Below are positions 39,345 to 52,787 of a stretch of DNA of 64,000 nt, in pieces. The stretch comes from Calcarisporiella thermophila CBS 279.70 (taxonomy: Eukaryota > Fungi > Calcarisporiellomycota), in the NCBI RefSeq assembly GCF_041956535.1, contig NW_027192208.1:313608-377607 (forward strand), read 5' to 3'. The notes below the pieces were generated by a model. It searched no databases. It had not been told where the DNA came from and was given only the letters and a program-made list of their open reading frames with translations. The position numbers and the translations under genes are program-made. Position 1 is the stretch's first letter, and each line of letters begins with the position of its first letter.

Positions 39345-41330
39345 ATGGCGGATCTTCCCACTTTTTCCAAATTAAACATTGCCTCCAATGAGTTTGGGTG
39401 GGGTCCTTCCTCGGAAGCACTCCCCCCCCATCTGACCGATATCCCCTATGCGCCTTTCAGCAAGGGCGATAAGCTGGGTCGCATCGCCGATTGGTCTGCA
39501 CCTGAGGGCCGGGACACAAGGGAGACAACCGGCAGACGCCAAGGACATCGCCAGCGTGGTAAGGATTTGTTTTCGGAATGAGGCGATGAACCAATGGAGC
39601 CGGTGTTGAACGATGTTGTGGCTGATTTTTAAATTGGATCCTCTTTCCAGATAACTACCAGACCTACGGAGCCGGAGTTCTAAGCGCTTTCACCTACCAG
39701 CATGCTGAAGATGAGGCATCGTTCTCTGTTGTGGATCGCACTGCTACTCAGAAGAAGACCACCCTCAAGACGACCGGCGGATTCCGCGGTGGTCGCACCG
39801 GTTTTGCAACTCGTGGAGGTCGCGGACGTGGAACATTCCAAAAGGGAGCTGCTCCACCGGCCCGCGGAAGAGGACGCGGAAGAGGCCGATTCGGATGGCG
39901 CGACTATGACAAGCCTCAGAGAATGAGGGACGCATCGGTGAACATTACTGCGGAGTGGAAGCTGATTGAGCAGGTCGAGTTCGCCCGACTTGGGAAGCTG
40001 TCGTTTGAGGTCGAGGAGCCTGAGGACATGTGAGTGGAATCCCGTTACTTGGGCTGGCCAAGGCTAGCGTACTAATGGGCCGTGTTTCTATTTCATTTTC
40101 TTCCCTCTCCCCCCTCCCACCGATTTAGTGAATGGTGTGGCAAGTTGTACTATTATGACAAAGCGTACGATCGCGTGAACACAAAGAGCGAGCGCCCGCT
40201 GCTCCAGCTCGACCGCGTCCGATACAACATCACAACATCAGAGGATCCGATACTGCAGCAGGTAACCTAATCAATTCAATTCTCTCTCCCCTTTGTCGGA
40301 CGGGATGGGGACTCAGGATCATGTACTCAATCCCGTTTGCGATTTTTAGTATGCCAAGGAGAAGAAAGCCACTGTATTTGCCACCGATACCATCCTCAAC
40401 TTCCTTATGTGCGCAACCCGTTCTGTCTACCCTTGGGATATGGTCATTAATCGGGTTGGGTCGCAGGTGTTCTTTGACAAACGCGATGACGGCGCGTTTG
40501 ACTATGTAAGTGTGAATGAAAACTCCCAGGATCCCCCCTCGGAAACCTCGGACAAGGATGCCATCAACTCTCGCAGCGCCCTCTCCCTCGAAGCCACCTA
40601 CATCAACCAGAACTACGGATTCCAAGTGGTCAATGAGAAGAAGAGCAAGGGATTCAAGAAGCCCAACCCCTTCGTGTCGGAGGCTGACGAGCAAGAGCCA
40701 CTGGCATCGTGCGCTTATCGGTACCGTAAATTTGACTTGAGCTCGGGAGCTGACGAGGAGCTGACCATGATCGTGCGCACGGAGCTGGACGCCACCGTGG
40801 AGGTGCCCGCCTCTCAGCCGGAGCCGGTCTACGTCACGGTGCACGCGCTCAACGAATTTGATCCCCGTGCTCAGGGCGCGGGTGGCGCGCTAGACTGGCG
40901 CACCAAGCTCGACACTCAGCGTGGTGCCGTCGTGGCCACCGAAATGAAGAACAACAGTTTCAAGCTGGCACGGTGGGCTGTCCAGTCGATTCTCGCTGGA
41001 GCGGATCAAATGAAGCTCGGGTACGTGTCCCGCATGAACCCCAAGGACCCCTCACGCCATGTGATCTTGGGCACCCAGACTTACCGCCCCCGGGATTTGG
41101 CCGCACAGATGAACTTCTCCCTTGCCAACGGCTGGGGTATTGTCAAGGCCATTGTGGATATGTGTCTCCGACTGGACGAGGGCAAATACGTCTTGGTGAA
41201 GGACCCCAATCGGCCCATCATTCGGTTGTACTCAGTGCCCCCCTCAACGTTCGAGGATGAAGAAGAGGACGTGAGCCTACAGGATGACGCCACCAATGCC
41301 GATGAGGAGGGTGAGGAAGATCAGGAGTAA
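39345..41330 (+). CDS. EIF3D: Eukaryotic translation initiation factor 3 subunit D
   Basis: GWGP..IPYAPFSKGDKLGRIADW; RGG region; LDWRTKLDTQRGAVVATEMKNNSFKLARW; GKYVLVKDPNRPIIRLYSVP. Confidence 0.96.
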
Positions 41331-41890
41331 TTGGAACGGAATAGTTTTTTGTAATCAAAAGTTTTTTTTATGGTTTCCTGGAAGATTTTATTGTGCCGGG
41401 AATGAAAATAAATAGGAATTCCATTATATTTTATTATGAATGGACGACCCTGAGAAAGTAAGTTCCATTGCCCTAAGCAGCGACATTGCCTATTTGTTAC
41501 ATGATCATATATAGAATGGTAAGTCATTGTCTCAATATAAATCTGACGCGTCCAGCAGAGAGAATGGTTGATTAGACTCAGAGAGAAGATTATTTGCAGG
41601 TCATCTCTAGCCGCTTCATCTAAGCAGCTTAAGCCTAGCAAGAATGGAACGTTTGCCCAGTTTCTCATCATTGTCTCTCATCAATCTTTCGAGCTGGAAG
41701 TTTCAATTACCTTGGAAAGAGCGATTCTAGGATAAAATGAAAAAAAAAAAAAAACGCGAAGCCAATAATTAGACATTAATTTTATTTACAAGTGTGACTT
41801 GGCTTAATATTCGACTCAATTCAAATTTCTCGACTCGGAAGGCGGTTGAGAATTGCTTGTTATCTGGGTCGAGTGAGCCGAGTTTGGAGG

Positions 41891-43839
41891 ATGTTAGCGC
41901 CGCCGATTCATCGCAATCTCAAAACTCTGAATCGTGAGCTGTTCCGGGCCTCGGTCCAGGTCCTAGCTGTTCGAGTGCCTTCCAAATCAACAGGTTTATT
42001 CTTAAAGACATTATCAAAGTAAGGTCCAATGGAGTTCCGCCCAAAAGACACCACAATCTAATAAAATGCATTACAGGAATTTGTTTAACCAGCCCAAACT
42101 GCGCAATGTGGTTGAGGATACCGATAATAATTCCAAAGACACCAGGCTTATCTTGTTAAATCCCTCTTTTCAATCTCCAGGTGCGTCGTGCTCTCTACTT
42201 TTCACACATTTCTCTTTTTTTTTTTGGAGCCGCATTCTGAATTTTGACGGTATCTAGAGCTCGATGATCTCGCGGACCAGCAGGCTAAGGATTTAATTCA
42301 ACAAGAAGCTCTCGGTGTTGTTAAACATACAGTAGAAGTGGGCTATGACTACTGGACCACAGATGAGATTCTCCGTGCAGTGCTTCCGGAACATATGAAA
42401 GAAGTCCCAAGCGCTTTCACACAGATAGGGCATATCGCACACATGAATTTACGTGATGAATACCTCCCCTTCAAAAATATCATTGGGCAGGTCATACTAG
42501 ATGTAAGTGATTAGCTTTCTTCCTAATCGACCACAATGCCTAGGTCGCTAAACTGGGCCATTGCTGTAGAAAAACGCCACCATCAAGACGGTGGTGAACA
42601 AAGTAGATGTGATCGATTCGACCTTCCGCAATTTCCAAATGGAAGTGCTTGCAGGAGAGAACAATATGATTGCAGAAATGGTACCCCGTGCAAACCCTTC
42701 GCAGATGCATCCTGCGTTTTCAATTAAAACCAATACTTGATTGCATTAATCTCTCTCTTTCTTTATTAGAAAGAAAACAATTGCCGGTTTCGCTTCGACT
42801 TTTCCAAGGTTTATTGGAACTCTCGCCTCCACGCCGAGCATGAACGGTTAATCAATACATTTCAGCCAGGCGAGTATGTGTGTGACGTGTTCGCGGGGGT
42901 GGGTCCATTTGCACTCCCCGCCACAAAGCGGGGCTGTGTGGTATACGCAAATGATCTGAACCCGGTGTCCTACCAGTATATGAATGAGAATATTGCTTTG
43001 AACAAGGTAATGCAATTGATAGTCCTGGGAGAAGCGCACATTAACCTCTTTGCCATAGATAAAGAGTGGAATCCATACCTATAATCTCGATGGCCGTGAA
43101 TTCATTCGCAAGGCTGTGCAAGACCTTGCTGAGAGGATGGAGGGGACAGACGCTTTTCGGACATTTGACCATTTTGTCATGAATTTGCCCGCCACTGCAA
43201 TCGAATTTCTTGGTAATTTTGGGCTTTTTCAACTATTCACGAGCTAGATAGAGAGTTTTTTCTCATTTTTTTTTCCTCCAAAAACAATCCGCTTGTACCT
43301 ATAGACGCGTTCCGTGGATTATACAGAGACCAGGAATCGAAAATTAAAGATCCTACACGCCAGCTACCTCTGATCCATTGTCACTGTTTCACAAAGCACG
43401 AGGATCCTCGCAGCGATATCCTTGGGGTAAGAGATTACCATTCCTCTGCTTTGATCGCGTCGGATCTAGTACAACTCATTTTTCCTACTACTTTCTCTAT
43501 TGCCTCACCGGAACCCATTTCTAGAGGGTAGCGGAGGCCATTGGCGCAAAGATGGATGATTCTGCAACATTACATTTCGTAAGAAGTGTCGCGCCCAACA
43601 AGGATATGTATTGCGTTAGCTTCCGATTGAGCAGTGAAGTTGCTTTTGCGAGGTAAGCATGATTCTCTAAGTGAATTGTTTTGTATGTATATATGTTTTG
43701 GGGTTGAGAAAAAAACAATTGAAATTTGACTGCTCCCATCGTGATAAATTTTAGCTTTAAGCGGAAGGACAAGGCTGGAGCTCAGGGCGGGAAAGAGGAC
43801 GAGGGCGTCGAGAATGGGGAGAAGCGGTTGAAAATGTAA
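41891..43839 (+). CDS. TRM5: tRNA (guanine-37-N1)-methyltransferase Trm5, multi-exon
   Basis: [17 protein letters not shown]; [14 protein letters not shown]; [20 protein letters not shown]; [18 protein letters not shown]; [17 protein letters not shown]. Last exon follows intron 43653-43754. Confidence 0.94.
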
Positions 43840-44470
43840 AAATTCTAGAACAATCCTGTAATTGTTTTTGCATTTTCTTTTTCGAATGCATCGATGATAA
43901 TATTGCATGCCGATTTGCTTGAAGATATACGTTTTTCCACGGCAATAAAAGACTCACGTCCCTTTCATTATGGCAAATTTGCCAAGGGAGTTACTGTAAC
44001 TATGGAGATATGAGAAAAGGCTATTGTTTTTCCTAGAATGAGAGGAATTCGGCCTTGGGTGGCCACGAAGATCGCACATATTTGATAAAAAAAAATACCC
44101 CGGCCAGAATTGCTTGCCAAGTCAGTTAAAATGATGAGGTTGTCGGGGGTGCACAGCGGATCCCTCCTCTTCCTCAGGACAATCCTAGTTGGAAATGCAT
44201 CACGGGAGTGGGATGCAGGTGATAGGCCCCACGCCAAGCCACTTCGAAATGCATAATTTCAGGATCGAAACCAACTTGGTCATTTAATTCGCCAAGTTCG
44301 CCTTTCACCTACGATTCTAATTAATCCAATCATCGGCTGATTAGATAAACTTAGGTCTGGTCATGATCCCCTCAGGATCGAGAACTCTGAAACATATAAA
44401 AGAAGCTTTATTTGTCGTCATTTCGAAGCTTACTGTCTACCATAGACTTGCTCGAATCACTTAAACGAAG

Positions 44471-44656
44471 ATGGCCCCCTACCTGGAAGTGAAATGGATT
44501 GTCTATCGTTATTGCGCTTGCGGCGGCGTCTGGCCTTGTCCTGCGGCCGTGAATCCAGGACATTGTATGTACCAGCGACTGGTGTGCTCCGAATGCAGCG
44601 GAACCTTTCCCAATCACGACCAGAGATGTCGGCTTAGAGATGTCGGACAGCGCTAA
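44471..44656 (+). CDS. Candidate 61-aa Cys/His-rich microprotein
   Basis: TATAAA at 44395; A at -3 and G at +4 around the ATG; 7 Cys and 2 His including CxxC-x6-H-x3-C; AATAAA at 44824. Confidence 0.45.
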   Translation: MAPYLEVKWIVYRYCACGGVWPCPAAVNPGHCMYQRLVCSECSGTFPNHDQRCRLRDVGQR

Positions 44657-46202
44657 CTTATCTCGGGACGACCGACACTTCCCATGGAGTTTCTTCTATT
44701 TAGCCGCTTTCTCCTGCTATTATACTCTCTAATTTTATTTCTGTCTGTCGTATGGACGTGAAGAGAGAAGGGAGGCCGAATGTTTCGGGACCCTGTGCGA
44801 TGCCGATTCTATTTGAATTCGATAATAAAATATGGTTCTATTTATATATCTCGGCACAAGTCTAAACGGAAACCCATGCATTCTGCGGTAGCATCAAGCA
44901 GAATAAACCTTGCACGAGAAGCGCGACTTCTCTTCAGAAGTTTGGGCTGGTAACGTTTGTATACTCTGGGTATCTTTGATAGAACCCAATGGATCCTATT
45001 GCAAAAGAGGAAGGGAATCAAATTGCAGTACTACAATGACGCTTTTCAACAATCAGACTTGAGTCGATACAATTGAGTCAAACAAGAAAAAAGCAGTTCC
45101 CATTAATGAAGAAATAACGTTGCTCCACGTAAACCAAAATCTATAGGTTATATAGCTTTCCAAGAATTTAGGTTCGAGAAGAGCGAGTAGAAATCCAGTT
45201 AATGCAGCTGAGATAAAGTACAATCTTCAGACTAGTGTACGTCCTGCAAACCCAGTTTCGATTGAATTTATAACAAAGCCTCTTTTACCGTATATTAAGT
45301 GTAATTTCTAAGGTATAGAATACATGACAGTATATCGAAGTGACCCGGAATAGGGGATTCCCTGAGGATCTTGCTTCCACGGATAATGACCTCATAATTT
45401 AGCTGTACTATGAAATATACTCCAAGGCTTTTGCACCTCTACCGATATGGGTGACATACGAACTTTTCCAGTGTTCATCTTAATAGCTCATTCCTAAACT
45501 GTTGATATTTTGTAAAAATAACCACCATCTCTTCAATCTTGCGATTATAAATTTTATTAATCTAACTGGCAATCTTTTTAAAATATAAGAAATTATACCT
45601 TTCGGACTAATAATCAGGCTGTCTCTCAAGGCCATTTATTCCAAACTCACGTTGTTAAACAGCTTTACAAATATAAGCACCAGCTTAAAAATTTTTTCAG
45701 CAACCGCAAATCTCAGCTCACCATTTTGTAGTTTTAAAGAATGAATATATTGCTGGAGATATGCTCATTTTCGATCAAGCAGAGTTATAACGTCGTTCCT
45801 TACATAATGGTGTTTTATTTATAGCATGCTATAATCATAACTCTATAGTGAACGATTTCTAAACCTTTTCCGATTTTTCAACTGGCCCCTGTCCTCAACT
45901 CCAATTTTCCTTTAAGCACCTTTGTGTTTTTAATGCTTCGAATGGAACCTAGTTTGAGACACATTGTACCTTGTTGAACAACTTGAGTTGGAATAAGTCT
46001 GACAAAATAGAGAATAGGTATATGCTTTCCTCCCTGTTTATTCCTACGAATCGCTCTTTAAACTAACTTTCGGATCAAACACATGTGTTACATAATAGTG
46101 ACGCGCAAGGATGGTATAAAAACCGAGTCTTCACGGAGCATTTCCAGTCATTCCATTCCCCAGTATTCACCCTTTATTCTCTTTTAACCCTTTAATCAGA
46201 AA

Positions 46203-46835
46203 ATGAGGTTCACGAATTTCTTCATTTTAGTTTTAACTTCGTTATTCGTTTCTTCGTTAGCTCAAGAGAATCAGGACACAATTCTTCAGCAAATCAATAC
46301 TATTCGAAAAAATCATGGTGTAGGGCCAATAATGCAATGGAGCCCGGAACTCGAAAAATCGGCCGAAAAAATAACTCGAAATTGCATTTACAAGCACGAA
46401 TTGCCGGATAACCTGGTCTCTATGTCCACTAATGATAAAGCATCGTGGAAAGATGCGATTATGTATTGGTATACTTCTGGTCTTGAGACCTACAATTTCA
46501 CCAGCCCAAAAGCAACTCCGATATCTTCATTTATGCTCGTGACGCTAGTCGCACCCCAATTTCAGAAAGTAGGGTGTGCTGTAAGTAACTGCGTTGGCAA
46601 AAATTTTCACTTCTGCCTATTCGAGTGGGTTGGGCCATTTCCTGCTAATGCAAGCGAGTTCTTAAAAGACTTGCAAACAAACGTGCACCCATTCAATCCT
46701 AATTCAACTCTCAGTCCTACTGCGCAAGGAAACTCGAATACTCCCGCTTCGAATATAGCAGTATCCAACACTATTCAATATGCTCCCATAGTTGTCGCTG
46801 CTATAATTACACTGGTTGTCACCCTTATTGTTTAG
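46203..46835 (+). CDS. Divergent CAP/PR-1 domain protein with signal peptide and C-terminal hydrophobic (GPI/TM) tail
   Basis: ILQQINTIRKNHGV..MQWSPELEKSA..AIMYWY..YNF..KVGCAVSNC; TATAAA near 46115; single exon. Confidence 0.8.
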   Translation: MRFTNFFILVLTSLFVSSLAQENQDTILQQINTIRKNHGVGPIMQWSPELEKSAEKITRNCIYKHELPDNLVSMSTNDKASWKDAIMYWYTSGLETYNFTSPKATPISSFMLVTLVAPQFQKVGCAVSNCVGKNFHFCLFEWVGPFPANASEFLKDLQTNVHPFNPNSTLSPTAQGNSNTPASNIAVSNTIQYAPIVVAAIITLVVTLIV

Positions 46836-47282
46836 TTAATATTTATGAGCATGTTTCTAAGAGATAATTGTAGCCAGATGAGGGGATAAAAGAATGCATT
46901 TGACTAGCCAATTTTCTTGTATATCAATTGAGTCTTTATCTTTTTCGATGTAATTAATAGTCTCTATAAACTGATATCATAATCACAAAACTATCTCTAT
47001 TTATTCGATCATGAAAATACATATCCACCTTCAACTACTAGGATGCTAACTAATATGTGATAATGAAGAGTTTTTGCATCATATGAAAAGCCCGCTCACA
47101 AAATCTTGTTTATTTATTAACTATGGCAGGGCACGGCCATGCAAATGAAGCTTCAATGTTTTCATAACCAAGTTTTATTTATAATTAAATGTAACAGTAC
47201 ACAAGGACTCTGAGAGCGGGCATTGTCCTTATATAAAGCTAACATTTCGAGAAATTGAATATATGATATTTAATGTAAATTT

Positions 47283-47955
47283 AAATATCTCCGGAAAGCA
47301 CCTCTTTATTTTTGATAAATTAATCATATTTTCTGAAAGTTTACTATTACAAATAAATATCATTTTTGATTTAAAAACTAACTATGCCTGCTTACAACGA
47401 TGTTTATAATGTGTTATTTTTTTTGTAACTTTACAGGAATATATAGGTTTATTATGAAAAATGATATGGGACAATTTTGACCGGTATATACCGGTGTAGA
47501 TTTGTACCATTGTAACAGCTACCCAGCTGTGATGAAAATAGATTATGCAGGCGACACGAAAGTGAAAGAACACAGTCAAGACGCAAGAACTTTGGAACGA
47601 GATGACTGAGGAGGTTATTTCCGTGAATATTGTTCGTGAAGAACTTTATCGTAATGATTTTGTAGCTAGGGCCAAGAGAGAAAAAACCCTTTCTATCGAA
47701 AAAGTATCGCCTTAGGAGACTGGCATTTGCAAAGAAATACAGCAATTGGACCGTTGAAGCTTGGAGCCGTGTCATTTTTTTCCGACGAATTTCAAATTCG
47801 TATCTTTGGGAATGAAAGGTAATTTAGTCGTATATGAAATGGTAACGGCATAGGTGGGTTTATCAAAAATTTAATAGTTTATTTTTACAGGCGTTGTAAA
47901 AAAAAAGGTAAAAGTAAAAAATAGTTGTGTCCCCAAATTTTCTGGAGATACTTTA
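47283..47955 (+). mobile_element. Internally deleted, frameshifted Tc1/mariner transposon relic
   Basis: About 47685-47820 translates, with a frameshift, to KPFLSKKYRLRRLAFAKKYSNWTVEAWSRVIFSDEFQIRIFGNE (Tc1 linker plus first catalytic D). Imperfect inverted ends: TATCTCCGGAAA (47286-47297) and TTTCTGGAGATA (47939-47950). Confidence 0.82.
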
Positions 47956-48331
47956 TATAACTATGGTAGTGATACTAATTGCACGAAGTTTTGGCGGGAT
48001 AGTTAAATAGTATGCTTGTACTTTAGCTCAGAAAATTTTTGACTTTCAAGATGAAAGTAGCCACACAAACCTTCGATTCGCAACTAAACCTGAGGTCAAT
48101 AAATAATCCGCAATGCTCCCCATCTATGCTCCTTCATCATGCTTTATATATATTCAGATATACACACATATGCTAATAGAAAGTCATAAGAAATAACAAC
48201 CCTTAAGAGAAATAGAGAAATGAAGAAATGTACATAGAAATAGAAAAGAGAAACCGGATATATCCTAAGGTACCCAAATACAGGAGATGGTCTAGAATCG
48301 CATAAAAGAAAATAAAAGGAGCTCGTTAGTG

Positions 48332-49571
48332 TTAACTAGTGCAGTTGCCGATCAGTGCCTCCTCCCCATCCTGCATACTATCTCCTCCTCTCTCTTTATC
48401 TACGAAGGGAGTAGAGTACAGCCAGTATTGTATGAATATAACTCCATCAAACATCATTGAGCCTCCTGCTCCAATAAGGTAGGGTATCGCCCCCCACAAT
48501 CTCTCTCCGCGCATTTCAGGATGGACAAGAATGGAAAGAGTGTAGGTTAGATTCGCAATCCAAGCGCATATAAACATTGCAAGGGCAAGGCCTTGCGTGG
48601 ACCGGCGTTGGAAGTTGTGAAAGATCTGAGGGAGTCGGCAGGTGAGGTAGAGTGCGGTACATGTCCAGGCGAAGATGGCCCCAACACCATCCGATTTAAT
48701 GGGTCGTGGGGACGGAAAGTCGTCCACGGGAAGGAGGATAGTTGAGGAGGTGGAAGAGAAGAAGCGGAGTGATAGTGGACCTGGCACAGAAGCTGTGGTA
48801 AGGGATGGAATGACGGATGGGAGGGCAAGTAAGAGGATACCATAGAGCAGTTTTCTATGCCCACTAAACCGTGACGTAGTTCAGTTTTCTCTGTAAACGT
48901 TCGATAAAATGGCCAAATGGTATTTACCTGGGTTGCGGCTCCAAAGACGCACCCTCTCCAGCTGGAGGATTAGTATAGTTTCTAACGCGTACCACTAGTT
49001 CAGTGGTTTCGCTTGCCATGCCAGCAACATCATCCTCGCTTGGAACCTTGACGATTATGTCCCTTTCCTCCATGCGCTGCCTCTCTTCTCTTCGTCCATG
49101 CGTCTCGCTATATACCAAATACTGCGAGAGCAAAATGGTGTCGACCACACAGAAGTACATGGCAAGAAAGGTTTGGAACGGCAGCTGATTCGTCAGAAGG
49201 CATCCGGCTAGGTTGGATAGATCCCCCGCGAACCAGTTCAAGAGGAAGAGAGGAGAAAGGGAGTTGACACTTATTGGATGAAGAAAGTTTCTAATAATTT
49301 GACTAAGCATAGATATGACATGTATATGAGTACAAGGCAGAGGCGGGAGTCAGTTAGTCACGGCATCCTACTCACGGCAGCTGCGCGTTAAGCCAAAACA
49401 AAACGCTCGCAAATCCCAGTAATAAGCTGGCTGCCTCCGCATTAGAGTATACACAGTTACCGAACAAGAACTAATCAACACATTTCAAGTCACATCATCC
49501 ATAATAGAGAGCATCTCATCTGATATTACGTGAATCCATTTGTAGGCACCCGGTGAGCACGTCTCCCACAT
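48332..49571 (-). CDS. PQ-loop vacuolar/lysosomal cationic amino-acid transporter (Ypq/PQLC2-like)
   Basis: FWLNAQLP|QIIRNF..LSPLFLLNWFAGDLSNLAGCLLTNQLPFQT; second repeat LYLTCRLPQIFHNFQRRSTQGLA..ANLTYTLS..YLIGAGGSMMFD. Confidence 0.9.
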
Positions 49572-51096
49572 TATGTAAAAGAAGGAATTCTAAGAAACAA
49601 ACGAAGAAAGAGAGGAGGAAGAAGCAAAGACCTAAAGAATTTAGAGAGTGATGTAATTCATTCGTGCCCAGACACCTCGAGTTTGACTATGAAGGAGGTG
49701 AGTAAGTTAGGGAACTGGCTACAGGTGTAGTGGAAGAACAGTGCGGAACGGAACAGAGCAGAGACAAACAAACAATATAGGATATAGGCTATATATGTGT
49801 CTACTATGAAATAAGAAAAGATGGCCATGGGGCATGTTTTATATCCATCTTGTACAACACGCTGTCATGTGATCTATTTTAAGCAATTAGGGCACTGCTC
49901 AGTTGGTCAACCTTATGTTCGGTTAAAAAAGGATTACAGCTTGTAGTCAAATTAATTAACCTAGTGGTTAGCTCGAGATATCCGCGAAGTTATCGTTAAC
50001 GTTGACCGGGAACGGAAGCAATCAAAGTTAGAGCTACTTCCCCTCTGACATGTATGAGTATGAACCAGAATAGCTCCCTACCTAAGTGAGGTTAAAGACG
50101 AGGTTCCTATTTCACTTCATAAACCAACTTTCACTGCCAATACCATAGTTGCTCAATTCGTGAGATACACTAGACTGAACTTGCGCTTCTTATCGATAAT
50201 CCACAATACGATCTCCAGTTCCACCATCCTCTGATTTTCTTTGTCTCCAAGAAAACATTCGCCGACTCAATACACTATTTACCAGATATTAACCATCTGT
50301 AAGGCAAGACCGCGCGATGATCAGATCTTCTCTTCATATCAAATTTGGATATGAAGTGGACAGTACGTTTTTTTAATGCTGCTTGCCTTTATTGATTTTG
50401 AAAGTGTATTTTGATAACAACTAGCTACCATAGTAGTGCCATAAAAATATTCACGCTGGCTTATCACTTTCCTATCACACTTCTTTGAAAAGCTCTAGCT
50501 CTACTCATCATAACCAGCGGAGTAATCACAAATCACATATAAAATTAGATATTCGGGAAATTACACTGATTGTGAACTTGTGTACCTAGAAAGCAGAGTA
50601 GAAACCTAACCTGCACAAGGAGAGATAACACAAACTTCCCTATCGCATGTGGAGTAATTTTGATTTTGACGGAAGTGGCATCTCTACCTACATATATTGA
50701 TCTTAATACTGCGCCTATCACATTTATAACAAATATCTCAACTTATAGAACTGGCATTGCACCTGATTTTCTTCATTTAGCTTTTGCCCAAAATCAAAGT
50801 AATATATATGAAAGTGGAGTTCTCAAAGAATCTTGATTCAATCTTGAAAGTCGTGCTGCTGATAAGATATTTGAACTAACTTATTAAAATGCTCTACTAC
50901 GCGATTGTCCTTAGAGAATATATTAGGAAACTCCATGGACAATCGAAAATAAGATGACGTCACTGGAAAATCTCGACTGGGCCTCTTTTTATTAGATGGA
51001 TTTATACCCAGCACACCAAATGAAGTTATTCCCTTGGTGTTCTCTCATCATTGCATTAATTAATGGGTAAATTTTAAAAGTCTTTATAATTACATC

Positions 51097-52240
51097 ATGA
51101 CAGAATCCATTTCCCCTGAATATTCACAACCGAATTCATTTGCATCCCTCTACCCCATACTCACGGCTCTGCTTCCGGCAGCTGGGCCTATCCTGTATGG
51201 GAAGTCGGAGGTTTGGAACGATCTAATGTGGCTAGGAGTGGTTACTTTCTATCTTTACATTATTGTCAAAGGTAAATTGGATTCTGTCTAGCTCTATACT
51301 TTTTGTTTTCCACTGGATGTTCAAATAATATTTGTCATTCTATCCCCTAGCACCCTGGGAAGTTTATGAACTAACCAGCAAAAAGCGCCGGGAACTGGAG
51401 AGAGCAATGCACGCAAGTCGCGTCACTTCGCAAAATTCAAGCCGAAAGCGAAGAAAACCTGAAGCTAAAGATTCGCGTTACTCCCGAGAAAGAGACTCTG
51501 ATGAGGAGCAGTTTACAGAAAAATTGAATGAAATTTTTGAAGATGAGCGTGCTTTTTCGAAATTGAAGCATCAGGAGCTATTCTGCTTTCTTGTGGTGCT
51601 AGTATCCCCTTATCTAGCAGGCCTTCTCCTCGAATGGGCCAACCAGCATCTATATACCACTTCTTATGTATCAGAATTCAACCTACGTCTCTTTCAACTG
51701 GCTGCCAGCATTCGCCCCTTAAAACACCTTATTTCTGTTGTGCGAGGACGGGCAGAAAATCTACACAATGCAACACAGTCTTCGAAAGTCGGGAGATTGA
51801 GGAGGGAAAACGAGCTCATGGCAATCCACTTGCATATTGCGCAACTGGAAAAGAGAATGAAGGAATTGCAGTCGCTTAGTGCCACTAAGCAAGAAATTTT
51901 CAACATGCAAGAAGATCTAGCACCAAGATTGACTAATCTTCACCGCCAGCTCCGCCAATTCACAGCGAGACGTGACTTTGCCCCATCTGCTGTCTCGGAG
52001 GAGAGATTTGCGCGTTTTGAGGCGCGGCTTAGAGAGAATGAAAAAGCAATTGGGGGAGGATTTTCAAGTGGTTTGTGGTTAGTGGCGTGGGTTCTTTTGC
52101 CAGCTCGAGTCGTTATGCAATTAATGCGATTCATGATTATTGGAGGAGTGCAAGAGGGGAGCTCAAAATCACTACTTTCTGCTGCGGATGGTGGGGCTGT
52201 AAAAAGGAGGAAAAAACGTCCACCTGCACTTCGGCTTTAA
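51097..52240 (+). CDS. Hypothetical membrane protein with coiled coil, 2 exons
   Basis: Long ORF joined by a GT-AG intron (IVK|APWEVY); several hydrophobic segments and a heptad-rich region. Family not recognised. Confidence 0.6.
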
Positions 52241-52787
52241 TGCAATCAAACCAAAATTGCTTATCCCATCAGACTTCATGTCCTTTGGTATACTGCGTAT
52301 AGTACAGTTTAATACGGCTAATTTGTAAATAACATCCCATTTTACTCTGCATGGATACGATGTTCCTTTTCTTTCTGTAATTCGGAATTCGTTATTTCTC
52401 TTTCAATATATTCTCAAAATTATATTTCTCGCATCTTTAGTGCCGCCATCCATCATAAATGACAAGAGTGGTACGGTGTGGAGACGCGACCATTCTATCT
52501 GGCCATCAGAACCAGTTGAGCTCACTGCAAGATAGGTTTTATAATTTCTTATAAAAACTTGATGAGCCAGGCATTAGTTCAGGCGTTGGGTAAAGAAAAA
52601 GAGTCTGCAAATTGGCCGGGCTTTTATAGATGCGGTTTGTTTACGGTAGCTTAACAATTGCTGCGCTTCACAAGTGACTGGCCCAGAGGCTTTAGCCGTG
52701 CCTCAAAACTACGCTATATCAATTTCTGTAATTCTCTTTTTGGTGGCCAATTCAACTTGTCTCTCACATTGATCTTGTATCCTGCAA

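Noticed and set aside
48793-48840. Possible U12-type intron in the PQ-loop gene (minus-strand GTATCCTC donor, CCCTTACC near the AG)
   Set aside because: The 48 nt are in frame and encode a hydrophobic segment (GILLLALPSVIPSLTT) expected as the linker helix. The branch-like motif is too close to the AG. Most likely exon.
50332-50356. Inverted repeat CTTCATATC-N7-GATATGAAG
   Set aside because: An isolated 9-bp stem with no associated element; plausible by chance.
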